Of a stretch of DNA of 64,000 bases, positions 1 to 10,473 are shown piece by piece. Source of the DNA: Sedimentisphaerales bacterium (GTDB lineage: Bacteria; Planctomycetota; Phycisphaerae; Sedimentisphaerales; SM23-30); NCBI GenBank assembly GCA_963663965.2, contig CAXXFK010000015.1, forward strand, positions 96,001 to 160,000. Direction: 5' to 3'. Both the position numbers and the translations under genes were made by a program. The notes beneath the pieces are model-generated. The model worked only from the letters and a program-made list of their open reading frames with translations, made no database searches and was not told the origin of the DNA. Position 1 is the first letter of the stretch. Every line of letters begins with the position of its first letter.

Positions 1-106
1 CAACTATCTCTTCACCGGTATTGGTAACCGTGATCCGCTTTGAGCCACACCCCGACAATGCAATGAAGCAGGCAATTACGATTATAATAAAGCGAAACGG
101 CTTCAT
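1..106 (-). CDS. 5' part of a putative lipoprotein (runs off the window edge)
   Basis: Hand translation from ATG at 106: MKPFRFIIIVIACFIALSGCGSKRITVTNTGEEIV; basic N-terminus, hydrophobic stretch, lipobox LSGC; purine-rich AAAGGGG upstream. Confidence 0.7.
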   Translation of the reverse strand, partial: MKPFRFIIIVIACFIALSGCGSKRITVTNTGEEIV

Positions 107-503
107 AGCCACCCCTTTCGAATGTTAAATGTACTGCATAATCAAGAAATGTCACACTGATAAAAGCGTATGTTATGCTATTTTGTTACAGGGATTTCCA
201 ACCCAAACGCCAACCAAATCACGGCAAGCACTTTCATCGCATGAATCTGTACCCAGCATCATCAAGTCAATTCAGAACTATCCGAAAATAATAAGCAAAA
301 CGATTTGGCTGTCAGCCAATAATAATACACCCTGTCAAACCTGCCATCGCGATGAGAATTAACGCCAATCCAAGCATGCGACAAATAACCATAACGTACT
401 CCTTCTATAATAAGTTACGATAAAATATCATTGTATTATTATTGTACAAGACGCATCACAGCAAGCAATCTTACATAAATTTCATGTAAATTCCAATATT
501 TTA

Positions 504-2627
504 TCAAAGCATCTCGCCCAACCGTCCGGGTTCCGTAACAGGTTGGTTACATTTATAATTCGAACAGACCCAGGCGGTCGCCTTGGTATCCACCGGATGA
601 TAATCTTTAAGGGCCGGAACCAGATCGGCAATCGGTATGGCATCGTTTTTCCGGCCCGGTACCTGTAAAATGACCTGGTCAGGCCGGTAACCCTGGTTAA
701 TCACTTTAAGAAGCGCCAGCGTATCATGAGCCTGATACGGTCCAGCCACTACAATTTCACAGGAAGGTCCATTCAGATAATCCACTGTCTGGAGCATTTG
801 CATGAATCCATTAGGGTGAGGTAAAATCTGACTGCCAAACGCCCGCACGGTTTCCCAGGCAAGAGCTTCCAACTTCAGGTCACCAGTAAGGCGTCCCAAC
901 CGGGCCAGGTTCATCGCCATAATGGAATTCCCGGATGGAATGGCATTGTCATACGCATTTTTTGAACGAATAATCAATTTTTCCGCCATGGCGCCGGTAT
1001 GATAAAAACCACCATTGCGCTTGTCTCCGAACTGCCTGATGACAAACCGTGACAGACACAATGCACGCTCAAGGTACTGTGCATCAAATACTGTCTGGTA
1101 TAACTCGATTAAACCCCATATCAAAAACGCATAATCTTCCAGGAATCCGTTAATCTCTGCTTCACCCTGTCTGAAACGGCGCCATAAACGACAATCAGAG
1201 TCAATCATTTTCTCAATAACAAACTGAGTGGCTTGCTCTGCCATGGCAATAGAACCAGGATCATCCAGACTCCGGCCGGCGCGTGCCAGGGCCGCAATCA
1301 TTAATCCATTCCAGTCTGTTAAGATTTTGTCATCCTTAAACGGATGAGGACGCTGATTTCTTCGTTCCAGTAAAACCTTACGAATCCCTGACCATATCCT
1401 GTTATCTTCCTCAGACCAGGCCTGCGCCGGATCATCTATCCGGTCTAAATAGAGTATGTTTAATCCGGTTTTCTTTCTGGATGCTTCATCTTCATAATTA
1501 CCTGACGTCTCCAAATGGAACTTATCGATCATCCATTCAGTTTCATCCGGCGCCAGTATATCGCGTATACTTTTAACCGACCAAAGATAATACGCGCCCT
1601 CATAACCATCGCTGTCAGCATCTTCCGCGGAATAGAATCCACCCTCCCTGCCAGTCATATCGCGCCTGACATATTCGATTATTTCTTTTACCGTATTTAG
1701 ATAACATTGACGACCGGTGGCCTGCCAGGCTTCCAAATAGGCCAAGGTAAGCATCGCCTGGTCATAAAGCATCTTTTCGAAATGGGGCAATCTCCATTTC
1801 GCATCGGTAGCGTAACGATGAAAACCAAATCCAATATGATCATAAATTCCACCCGCACGCATATTACGCAAAGTCAATTCACCCATATTAAGCGGCTGGA
1901 TATTGCCGGAACGCTTCCATTGCCGTAATAAAAATGTCAGATTATGGGCAGATGGGAATTTGGGCGCGCTACCAAAACCGCCGTATGCTTTATCAAAACG
2001 ATGAGCCAAATCCTGATACGCCTGTTCGATTTGCTCTGGTCCCGGCTCGCTTTGTGAAGGCTCATTTAATCGGTTCACCATTTGCAAACGTTCATAAATC
2101 CCCTCAACCGATTGATATACTTTATCACGGTGATTTTGCCACAAATCCTCAATCCTAGCAGCCAGGTCCATCAATCCAAGGCGGCCATGCCGACTGACAG
2201 CGGGAAGATACGTAGCGGCAAAGAAGGGTTTTTTATCGGGGGTCATCAGAACAGTCAAAGGCCATCCTCCCCCACCGGTCATCATCTGGCATACTGTCAT
2301 ATACACCTCATCAAGGTCGGGGCGTTCTTCCCGGTCCACTTTAATACAGATAAAGCGCTCATTTAATACTTCAGCCACTTGAGGATTTTCAAAAGACTCA
2401 CGCTCCATAACATGACACCAGTGACAGGTAGAATAGCCAATTGACAGAAAAACAGGTCTGTCCAGTGTTTTTGCCTGCATAAAGGCCTCTTCAGACCAAG
2501 GGAACCAATCAACCGGGTTGCCGGCATGCATTTGCAAATAGGGACTGGATTCACTCCTGAGACGATTACCTGAGGATTTTGATCTATAAGAGTCTTTATT
2601 TTCGTTGTTTATAGATTTATTTGTCAT
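504..2627 (-). CDS. YyaL/SPATA20-like thioredoxin-domain protein (DUF255 plus alpha/alpha-barrel)
   Basis: [55 protein letters not shown]; start trimmed to MTNKS. Confidence 0.92.
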   Translation of the reverse strand: MTNKSINNENKDSYRSKSSGNRLRSESSPYLQMHAGNPVDWFPWSEEAFMQAKTLDRPVFLSIGYSTCHWCHVMERESFENPQVAEVLNERFICIKVDREERPDLDEVYMTVCQMMTGGGGWPLTVLMTPDKKPFFAATYLPAVSRHGRLGLMDLAARIEDLWQNHRDKVYQSVEGIYERLQMVNRLNEPSQSEPGPEQIEQAYQDLAHRFDKAYGGFGSAPKFPSAHNLTFLLRQWKRSGNIQPLNMGELTLRNMRAGGIYDHIGFGFHRYATDAKWRLPHFEKMLYDQAMLTLAYLEAWQATGRQCYLNTVKEIIEYVRRDMTGREGGFYSAEDADSDGYEGAYYLWSVKSIRDILAPDETEWMIDKFHLETSGNYEDEASRKKTGLNILYLDRIDDPAQAWSEEDNRIWSGIRKVLLERRNQRPHPFKDDKILTDWNGLMIAALARAGRSLDDPGSIAMAEQATQFVIEKMIDSDCRLWRRFRQGEAEINGFLEDYAFLIWGLIELYQTVFDAQYLERALCLSRFVIRQFGDKRNGGFYHTGAMAEKLIIRSKNAYDNAIPSGNSIMAMNLARLGRLTGDLKLEALAWETVRAFGSQILPHPNGFMQMLQTVDYLNGPSCEIVVAGPYQAHDTLALLKVINQGYRPDQVILQVPGRKNDAIPIADLVPALKDYHPVDTKATAWVCSNYKCNQPVTEPGRLGEML

Positions 2628-2836
2628 TATGATCTCTTTCTGGTCAGCCCTTATATTAAAGCTATTTTGGAAATATAAGATTCTATCATGGCAAAATCCA
2701 ATAAGTCGAGATCGTTGCGGTAATATGGAGGCGTACAATATCAAATAGTATGCAAATTTAAACTTTAAAATAACTTACAATTCGGTAAAATCATTATAAT
2801 TCAATTATGGCCACCCCTTTAAAAAAGGATTTGTCT

Positions 2837-4339
2837 ATGTATTTGTTTGGTTACGATATTGGAAGTTCTTCGATCAAAGCCACCCTTCTGAACGGTGAAA
2901 CGGGTGAGGTTGTCGCAACAGCGACCTCGCCGTCGGTTGAAATGGAGATTATGGCTCAGCGTCCGGGATGGGCGGAGCAGGAACCGGAAACCTGGTGGCG
3001 CCATGTTCAAAAAGCTACTGCCCGGATTCGGGAGAAAGCACCCCAAGCGCTGGCTGATACCCGAGCTATCGGGATTTCCTATCAGATGCACGGTCTGGTC
3101 ATTGTGGACAAAAATGGCACACCGTTACGTCCATCGATTATCTGGTGCGACAGTCGCGCCGTATCGATCGGGAATGAGGCCAATATGGCCATGGGTCCCA
3201 AAACCTGTCTGAAACGATTATTAAATTCGCCCGGTAATTTTACCGCATCCAAGTTGAAATGGGTTAAAGAGCATGAGCCGGCGATTTTTTCTCAAATTCA
3301 TAAAGCCATGCTTCCCGGCGATTACATAGCCATGAAACTCACCGGATTAATCCGTACGACACCATCGGGCTTATCGGAAGGCATATTATGGGATTACGAG
3401 ACCCATGGGCCGGCCCAGATGGTTTTAGATCATTATGGCATACCCGGTGAAATGCTGGCAGAACTGTGTGATACATTCAGTATTCAAGGTGAACTTAGCA
3501 AGACGGCGGCTGAAATACTTGGGATGAAAGCGGGGATTCCCATATCGTATCGAGCCGGCGATCAGCCTAATAATGCCTTGTCACTCAATGTGCTGGAACC
3601 TGGAGAGATTGCCGCAACCGCTGGCACTTCCGGCGTCGTTTATGGCGTTGGCGATCAACCCAGTTACGATGAACAATCCCGGGTTAACAGCTTTCTACAT
3701 GTTAATCATCATGATAATGCCGCCCGGCTGGGTGTATTGCTTTGCGTATCGGGAACGGGCATATTAAACAGCTGGCTGAAACATCAGGTCGTCAGTGACA
3801 GCCTGGATTATCCAGCAATGAACGAACTGGCCGACAAGATTCCCGCGGGTTCCGATGGTCTGGTGGTGCTGCCATTTGGCAACGGAGCGGAACGCACTCT
3901 TGGCAACCAGGATATTGGTGCCCATATCAGCGGCCTTAATTTTAATATTCATACCCGCGCACATTTATTGAGGGCGGCCCAGGAAGGCATTGTATTCGCA
4001 TTGAATTATGGTCTGGATATCATGAAGGACATGGGACTCACAATCAATACGATCCGTGCGGGCCATGCCAATATGTTCCTGAGTCCTATTTTCGCCTCCA
4101 CCTTTGCTACATTAACCGGCGCGCGTATTGAATTATATAATACGGATGGATCGCAGGGCGCCGCCCGAGGCGCGGGCTTTGGCGCGGGCCTTTACGGGAC
4201 GCTGTCCGAAGCGTTTCATGGCCTGACCTCGGTAAAAACGATTGATCCGGTTTCCGCCCAGCAAACCCATTGCCTGGCCGCATACGATAAGTGGCTCATC
4301 GCCTTAAAAAACCTATTGAATAATCCTTATTCATCCTGA
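2837..4339 (+). CDS. xylB: xylulokinase (FGGY carbohydrate kinase)
   Basis: GYDIGSSSIKA, GISYQMHGLV, IIWCDSR, AGDQPNNA; AAGGA RBS before ATG 2837. Confidence 0.85.
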   Translation: MYLFGYDIGSSSIKATLLNGETGEVVATATSPSVEMEIMAQRPGWAEQEPETWWRHVQKATARIREKAPQALADTRAIGISYQMHGLVIVDKNGTPLRPSIIWCDSRAVSIGNEANMAMGPKTCLKRLLNSPGNFTASKLKWVKEHEPAIFSQIHKAMLPGDYIAMKLTGLIRTTPSGLSEGILWDYETHGPAQMVLDHYGIPGEMLAELCDTFSIQGELSKTAAEILGMKAGIPISYRAGDQPNNALSLNVLEPGEIAATAGTSGVVYGVGDQPSYDEQSRVNSFLHVNHHDNAARLGVLLCVSGTGILNSWLKHQVVSDSLDYPAMNELADKIPAGSDGLVVLPFGNGAERTLGNQDIGAHISGLNFNIHTRAHLLRAAQEGIVFALNYGLDIMKDMGLTINTIRAGHANMFLSPIFASTFATLTGARIELYNTDGSQGAARGAGFGAGLYGTLSEAFHGLTSVKTIDPVSAQQTHCLAAYDKWLIALKNLLNNPYSS

Positions 4340-4355
4340 TTTCCGGAGTTTATCC

Positions 4356-4760
4356 ATGGACGACTGCAATGCTATCGCTGAAATTACCATCCAGGACGAT
4401 GTCGTCATACTGAAACTGCTTCATGAGGAGTTGATTTCCACCGCTGATATTCAAAAACTGGAAGAGACGCTTGGCCCTTTGATTCAATTAGAGAAAAAGA
4501 TAAATTACATCATTGATTTCAGCCGGGTGAATATCCTTTCTTCCTCAGCATTGGGCTTTTTGCTGCGGACGCACAAAAAACTGACCAGTCAGGGCGGACG
4601 CCTGGTTTTATGTTGCCTCAAGCATAAATTCGCCAGTTCCCCCAATGACACGTATGTCTATGAGTTGCTTAAAGTGGTTGAACTGGATGGCTATTTTGAA
4701 ATTACCGAGACCCTGAAAGAGGCCCTGGAACGGATTCATGCCCCCCTGCCTCCATCTTAA
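4356..4760 (+). CDS. STAS-domain anti-sigma factor antagonist
   Basis: IIDFSRVNILSSSALGFLL, GGRLVLC, YELLKVVELDGYFEI..EAL. Confidence 0.85.
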   Translation: MDDCNAIAEITIQDDVVILKLLHEELISTADIQKLEETLGPLIQLEKKINYIIDFSRVNILSSSALGFLLRTHKKLTSQGGRLVLCCLKHKFASSPNDTYVYELLKVVELDGYFEITETLKEALERIHAPLPPS

Positions 4761-4770
4761 GGTCAAGCTA

Positions 4771-5145
4771 TCATAAAGCGAATCCATTTCCTTTTATGCT
4801 GTTTTTATGGCTGGTATCTGCCAGATCCCAGCCGTTATCAATATGTTTTTCATGGGTACATAGACAGACTCTGGACTCATCCGGCGTCGTTGCAGTATTG
4901 AAAGGCATGTTTGGCTTCGGCCGGTCATATTTGTCCCCGTAGACATCGATATAGGCCGCAATATCACCCTCACCTTCATAGCTGACCTATTGTAAATTTT
5001 CAGCATAACTCACAAAAACAAATGGCCGGGTAAAATGCCCAACCCGGGTAAACTTCGCGTCGCCATTACCCGCTTCTCCGCATGCCAGCATAGAACCAAT
5101 GCAGACCAGAATCATAATACTAAAAGAGACTGTAACTGCTTTCAT
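4771..5145 (-). pseudogene. possible lipoprotein gene interrupted by an in-frame TAG
   Basis: Signal peptide-like MKAVTVSFSIMILVCIGSMLAC; TAG at 4987-4989; the same frame then continues open (VSYEGEGDIAAYIDVYGDKYDRPKP...) to TGA at 4771. Confidence 0.4.
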
Positions 5146-5388
5146 ATTAGGCAAAAAAGGGACAGTAAACATTTTATGCACCACTTTCTTTAGTTTTATT
5201 CTTCTTCGGCCAGCCGGCCTCGCCATCCTATCCCGGGCACCTTCAAGCGCAGCAAAGCGAAGCGTGTGGGTGCCTGACACGTCATTTCCAATCATAATAC
5301 CATCTCTATTAAAAAACAAAACATCACACGCAATGCCACCCTCCCCCATTTTGCATTCTGCATTTTACATTTTCAATTCCTTTTCTCC

Positions 5389-5490
5389 ATCCTGTCAATC
5401 AGCTGAAAGTCCCGATCGTTCGGGATGATCCTGTCTAAATGGCTGTTAATCTTTGTGGCATGGTGGCTTCGTGTGAAACCGGCTGTTAAC
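5389..5490 (+). repeat. dispersed repeat module shared with the 57.26-57.32 kb region
   Basis: ATCCTGTCAAT..GCTGAAAGTCCC..CGGGAT.ATCCTGTCTAAA.GGCTGTTA here and at about 57262-57321; followed by AAACCGGCTGTTA. Confidence 0.85.
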
Positions 5491-5496
5491 GGCAAT

Positions 5497-5730
5497 TCAC
5501 CTCCGCCGCATAAATCGCCAGTAAATCAAAACAAACACCCCACCCTGTACCAAAGCGGCTAATCCAAGCACAAGACCATAAACATAAAATTTCTGCGTTG
5601 CCAATGTATCATCAGAACCCGGATGCGCGTTCATCCAGACACTCCAGGCTATCCAATAAAACAGCACCCCATCCACAATCAAAGAAATCACCGCCCATAA
5701 ACTCACAATAGTACCCACAGATATTTTCAT
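5497..5730 (-). CDS. small membrane protein with two predicted TM helices
   Basis: Two hydrophobic segments and a basic C-terminus (WRFMRRR); GGGGA upstream. Confidence 0.6.
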   Translation of the reverse strand: MKISVGTIVSLWAVISLIVDGVLFYWIAWSVWMNAHPGSDDTLATQKFYVYGLVLGLAALVQGGVFVLIYWRFMRRR

Positions 5731-5951
5731 CAGCAAAATCCCCTATAAATCCAAACTGGTAAAAAATATCCCGATCAATCCATCATCCGCAATCACCATC
5801 GCCAAAGCCCTTTCCATAAACATCAAATCCTCAATAACATTCTGAAAATCAACTCTACCGCCCACCCCCGCAATATTCAACCACAAATCAATAAAATTTG
5901 ATCCCATCCCCGGCCCTGCCAGTTTTATCAAAATAATATATAATAATACAT

Positions 5952-5980
5952 TTGACATATTTCAAACACAACACTATAAT
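5952..5980 (+). promoter_or_regulatory. consensus sigma70-type promoter
   Basis: TTGACA (5952-5957), 17 bp spacer, TATAAT (5975-5980). Confidence 0.75.
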
Positions 5981-6122
5981 ATCCCAGATCGGTTGCGTTC
6001 CCAGAAACTAACAAGAACCAAAAACAAAAACAGCCCCATAATCTCGCTCTTTAAAAATTAAATAATCCTAACATCTGGGCCGCCCATCTAGCGCTGCACC
6101 CCTGGCCGGCCAACCACCAACT

Positions 6123-6366
6123 CCAAACGAACCCAATCCACCTTTTTAAGCCTTAACTATCTATAATAAAACATATTACATCATTTTTCCCGTATCAGAA
6201 TTTTCCCCCTATGTTCCCACACCTATCCATCACTCCCGCCTTAACAAAACCGGCTATTACCCCAACCCGAAACCACCCCACCCGCTGCCATAGCCCAGCC
6301 ACCCCCAATCCAAACGAACCCAACACCTCCAAAAACCATCATAACTACCCATATATAAATATCTTA
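6123..6366 (+). repeat. two copies of bipartite motif CCAAACGAACCCAA-N17/18-TAAC-N18-TTA
   Basis: Copies at 6123-6178 and 6310-6366; a lone CAAAACGAACCCAA also at 6562-6575. Confidence 0.85.
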
Positions 6367-6593
6367 TCACGCATATCTTTTATCAGTGTCTATTCGTGTG
6401 AATTCGTGGTTCACTTCTCGCCCCCGTTACTACCAATCTGACTGTATCTCTTCATAGCTTCGTGCCTTCGTGTGAAATCTTTTTCTTCGGTTGCGTTTCG
6501 ACCGCCCGCGTGGTTAATCTTGATTTTCCACCAGAAATCGCTATCATAAACCTTTTTACCTCAAAACGAACCCAACCCCAAGCGAGAGTACCC

Positions 6594-9131
6594 ATGACCA
6601 GCGAACCGACCGGCAGTTACAACTTCAACCAGATCGAAAAGAAATGGCAGACCTTCTGGGAAACCAACAAAACCTTCCAGGCCCTCGACAACTGCGATAA
6701 ACCCAAATATTACGTGCTGGATATGTTCCCCTATCCCTCCGGCGAAGGCCTCCACGTCGGCCACCCCGAAGGTTACACCGCCAGCGATATCGTCGCCCGC
6801 TACAAACGCATGAAAGGCTTTAACGTCCTGCACCCCATGGGTTACGATGCCTTCGGCCTGCCCGCCGAACAGTTCGCCGTCAAAACCGGCACCCATCCCG
6901 CCATCACTACCGAAAAAAACATCAACCGCATCCGCGAACAGATCAAGAGCCTCGGCTTCAGCTACGATTGGGACCGCGAGGTTGACACCACCAGACCCGA
7001 CTACTTCCGCTGGACCCAGTGGATCTTCCTCAAACTCTACAACAGCTGGTACGACCCCGAACTCCAAAAAGCCCGTCCCATCGCCGAACTGCCCATCCCC
7101 ACCGGCCTCACCGAAAAAGAAAAACAAGACTATATCGCCAATAAACGCCTCGCCTACGAAGCCGAAACCCCCGTCAACTGGTGCCCCGAACTCGGAACCG
7201 TGCTGGCCAACGAAGAAGTCATCGGCGGCGTCAGCGAACGCGGCGGCCACCCCGTCATCCGCAAACCCATGCGTCAATGGATGTTGCGTATCACCGCCTA
7301 CGCCGAACGCCTGATTGATGACCTCGCCGACCTCGACTGGTCCGATGGCATCAAAAAGCTCCAGACCGACTGGGTCGGTAAAAGCATCGGCGCCGAAGTC
7401 GATTTCGCCCTCGATGGCTACGACGAGATCATCACCGTCTTCACTACCCGCCCCGACACCCTGTTCGGCGCCACCTACATGGTATTATCACCCGAACATC
7501 CGCTGGTTGATAAAATCACCACCCCCGATCAACTCCAAGCCGTCAAAGCGTATCAGGTGGAAGCCTCCCACAAAAGCGACCTCGACCGCACCGACCTGGC
7601 CAAAGACAAAACCGGCGTCTTCACCGGCGCCTATGCCATCAACCCGGTAAACGGCAACAAGATCCCCATCTGGATCAGCGATTACGTCCTGATCAGCTAC
7701 GGTACCGGCGCGATCATGAGCGTCCCGGCCCACGATGAACGCGATTTCGAATTCGCCACCAAGTTCAACCTGCCTATCATCCAGGTCGTTCAGCCGCCGG
7801 CCGAAACCAACTTTGAAGGCGAATGCTTTACCGGAAACGGTACCGCCATCAACTCCGGCGAATTCAACGGCTTATCCACCCCGGAATTCAAAAAGAAAAT
7901 CACCGCCTGGCTCACCGAAAACAAACTCGGATACGAAGCCATCAACTACAAACTCCGCGACTGGCTCTTCAGCCGCCAACGCTACTGGGGCGAACCCTTC
8001 CCCATCGTCCATGCCGAAGATGGCGAAGTCATCGCCCTGGATGAATCCGATCTGCCCGTCACCCTGCCCGAAGTCGAAAATTACAAACCCAGCGGCACCG
8101 GCGAATCCCCCCTGGCCAACATCCCAGAGTGGCTCTACTTCGAATACCAGGGCCGCAAGGTACGCCGCGAAACCAATACCATGCCCCAATGGGCCGGCAG
8201 TTGCTGGTACTACCTGCGTTATATCGATGCCCATAACAATACCGCCCCATTCGACGCCAAAAAAGAACAATACTGGATGCCGGTCGACCTCTACATCGGC
8301 GGCGCCGAACATGCCGTCCTGCACCTGCTCTATTCCCGTTTCTGGCACAAAGTCCTGTTCGATCTCGGTATCGTCAGCACCCGCGAACCCTTCCAGAAAC
8401 TGGTCAACCAGGGCATGATCCTCGGCAGCGACGGCCAGAAAATGAGCAAAAGCCGCGGCAATGTGGTCAACCCCGACCATGTCATCAACTCATACGGCGC
8501 CGATTCCATGCGGCTCTACGAAATGTTCATGGGCCCGCTCTCCGCCAACAAACCCTGGAGCATGCAGGGGGTCGAAGGGGTGCACCGCTTCCTCCAGCGC
8601 GCCTGGCGCCTCATCGTCGACGAAGAAGGCAATCGCCTTCCCGCCGTACAGGATGTCGAACCCAATGATCCCGAACTGCGCGTCCTGCACAAAACCATCA
8701 AAAAAGTCTCAGAAGACATCGAAAATTTCGGTTTCAATACCGCAATCTCGCAAATGATGATCTTCGTCAATGAATACATGAAACTCACGGTTCGCCCCCA
8801 AAAACCGTTGGAACAATTTGTCCTGCTGCTGGCGCCCTTTGCCCCGCATATCGCCGAGGAACTCTGGCAGTATCTGGGTCATTCCAATACCCTCGCCTAC
8901 GAACCCTGGCCGCAATACGACCCGGCCCTGACCATTGATCCGGAAATCGAAATCGTCATCCAGATCAATGGCAAAGTTCGTGACAAATTCATGGTCCCCG
9001 CCGACGCCACCGAAGAAGTGATCAAAGAAAACGCGCTTAATAGCGAAAAAATCACCTCCCTGCTCGAAGGCAAAACCATCCGCAAAGTTATCGTAATCAA
9101 AGGCCGCCTGGTTAATATCGTGGCCAATTAA
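6594..9131 (+). CDS. leuS: leucine--tRNA ligase
   Basis: [16 protein letters not shown] (HIGH motif), [10 protein letters not shown] editing domain, [16 protein letters not shown]; start trimmed to MTSEP. Confidence 0.98.
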   Translation: MTSEPTGSYNFNQIEKKWQTFWETNKTFQALDNCDKPKYYVLDMFPYPSGEGLHVGHPEGYTASDIVARYKRMKGFNVLHPMGYDAFGLPAEQFAVKTGTHPAITTEKNINRIREQIKSLGFSYDWDREVDTTRPDYFRWTQWIFLKLYNSWYDPELQKARPIAELPIPTGLTEKEKQDYIANKRLAYEAETPVNWCPELGTVLANEEVIGGVSERGGHPVIRKPMRQWMLRITAYAERLIDDLADLDWSDGIKKLQTDWVGKSIGAEVDFALDGYDEIITVFTTRPDTLFGATYMVLSPEHPLVDKITTPDQLQAVKAYQVEASHKSDLDRTDLAKDKTGVFTGAYAINPVNGNKIPIWISDYVLISYGTGAIMSVPAHDERDFEFATKFNLPIIQVVQPPAETNFEGECFTGNGTAINSGEFNGLSTPEFKKKITAWLTENKLGYEAINYKLRDWLFSRQRYWGEPFPIVHAEDGEVIALDESDLPVTLPEVENYKPSGTGESPLANIPEWLYFEYQGRKVRRETNTMPQWAGSCWYYLRYIDAHNNTAPFDAKKEQYWMPVDLYIGGAEHAVLHLLYSRFWHKVLFDLGIVSTREPFQKLVNQGMILGSDGQKMSKSRGNVVNPDHVINSYGADSMRLYEMFMGPLSANKPWSMQGVEGVHRFLQRAWRLIVDEEGNRLPAVQDVEPNDPELRVLHKTIKKVSEDIENFGFNTAISQMMIFVNEYMKLTVRPQKPLEQFVLLLAPFAPHIAEELWQYLGHSNTLAYEPWPQYDPALTIDPEIEIVIQINGKVRDKFMVPADATEEVIKENALNSEKITSLLEGKTIRKVIVIKGRLVNIVAN

Positions 9132-9172
9132 GTTTTAAATATCGCAACCCATTGAATAGAATGGAGTAAAGT

Positions 9173-10417
9173 ATGTCGCTGTCATCTCTTGATCAACAAA
9201 TGATCGACAAGTTAAAATCGTTGGCCGGCCAGAAAGGCCTGGATATATCAGGCGGTACCGTCCGACGCAGTTCATCCCGGTTCTGTTTCGGAGTGGAGCA
9301 CGGAGACTATAACGGAACGGAACTTTTCGGTGTAGGGACCGACCGCTTCATCTGGATGGGATACAAACCCAACGGCACCAATCGCGTTCGACTGTACAGC
9401 GACAATTTCCCCAAAGATGGCATCGTTGAATTTGAAATCGGCAATGTCCCCGCCCCCCAATCTCCCGAAACCGCCGATACCTGGGCGCGTTTTCCCTACG
9501 GCGTTGATTATATCCTTCGGGAAGAAGGCTACACCCTCAACGCCGGCTTCGATGCCGTCCTCTACGGCAATATTCCCGGCGGCGGCATGAGCCGCAGCGC
9601 CTCACTGGCTCTCAACCTGATCCTGACCGTCATGGAAGTGAACAACATCAAGCCCAAAAACGATTTCGATGTGGTACTCCTGGCCCAGAAAGTCGAAAAC
9701 ATCTATATCGGTTCACCCTGCGGCCTGCTCGATCAAATTATGATCATGTTCGCGCGCGAAGGTATGGGCACCCATTACGATCCGCAAACCAATGATATCA
9801 AATACGTTCCATTGGGCAGCGGCGCCGAAGATTTCCGCATCGTCGTCATGGATACCGGCACCGTTCGTCCCGGTCTCGAAAAATCAACTTACAAAATCCG
9901 CCGCACCGAATGCGACAGCTTTGCCGAACAGCTCAGTAAAGACACTAACGGCAAAATCAGTAAATTGGCCCACATTCGCGATGAAGCCACCTATAACGAA
10001 ATCATGGCAAAATACGCCGACAAACCCGAATGGTGCGACCGGTTAAAATATATCTTCGGGGCCCAGACCCGTTTCTATCAGATGCTCGATGCCTGGAAAG
10101 CCGGCAATATCGCCACCGTAGGCAAAATTTTCCGCCAGGACGGCATTGGCCTGCGGGATGACTACGTAATTTCCGGTCCTGAACTCGAAACCATGTGCGA
10201 CCTGGTTCGAACGGTACCCGGCACATTAGGCGAACGTATGTTGGGAGGTGGCGACAAAGGAGCCGCCGGAGCGTTAGTCAAGGCGGATAGTGTTGAGGCC
10301 GTCAAAAATGCCGTGGAAACCGGCTACCCGGCCAGCCGGCCCGATTACGCTGATAAATACGCCGTCCATGTCTGCAAAATTGTGGATGGTATCATAACCT
10401 TCGAAAACAGCCTGTAA
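9173..10417 (+). CDS. divergent galactokinase-family (GHMP) sugar kinase
   Basis: EHGDYNG, GNIPGGGMSRSASL, CGLLDQ, LRDDYVISGPELE, GERMLGGG. Confidence 0.8.
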   Translation: MSLSSLDQQMIDKLKSLAGQKGLDISGGTVRRSSSRFCFGVEHGDYNGTELFGVGTDRFIWMGYKPNGTNRVRLYSDNFPKDGIVEFEIGNVPAPQSPETADTWARFPYGVDYILREEGYTLNAGFDAVLYGNIPGGGMSRSASLALNLILTVMEVNNIKPKNDFDVVLLAQKVENIYIGSPCGLLDQIMIMFAREGMGTHYDPQTNDIKYVPLGSGAEDFRIVVMDTGTVRPGLEKSTYKIRRTECDSFAEQLSKDTNGKISKLAHIRDEATYNEIMAKYADKPEWCDRLKYIFGAQTRFYQMLDAWKAGNIATVGKIFRQDGIGLRDDYVISGPELETMCDLVRTVPGTLGERMLGGGDKGAAGALVKADSVEAVKNAVETGYPASRPDYADKYAVHVCKIVDGIITFENSL

Positions 10418-10440
10418 TCATCGTAATTATAGAAATACTT

Positions 10441-10473
10441 AAAGGCCCGGATGATATTATCCGGGTCTTTTTT
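10441..10473. terminator. intrinsic terminator between convergent genes
   Basis: AAAGGCCCGGAT-GATATT-ATCCGGGTCTTTTTT. Confidence 0.75.

Noticed and set aside
5236..5280. Inverted repeat GGCACC..GGTGCC as a mobile-element end
   Set aside because: Single short stem, no second copy and no transposase in the window
5743..5958. 71-aa minus-strand ORF
   Set aside because: No recognisable motif, its start overlaps the plus-strand -35 box, and it lies in skewed DNA; cannot be supported
6200..6590. T-box riboswitch upstream of leuS (also checked upstream of valS)
   Set aside because: No T-box consensus or terminator/antiterminator pair found in either leader
6561..8480. Long antisense and alternate-frame ORFs over leuS (similarly 47365-48621 and 58548-59099)
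   Set aside because: Shadow ORFs caused by biased codon usage that removes stop codons; no recognisable motifs
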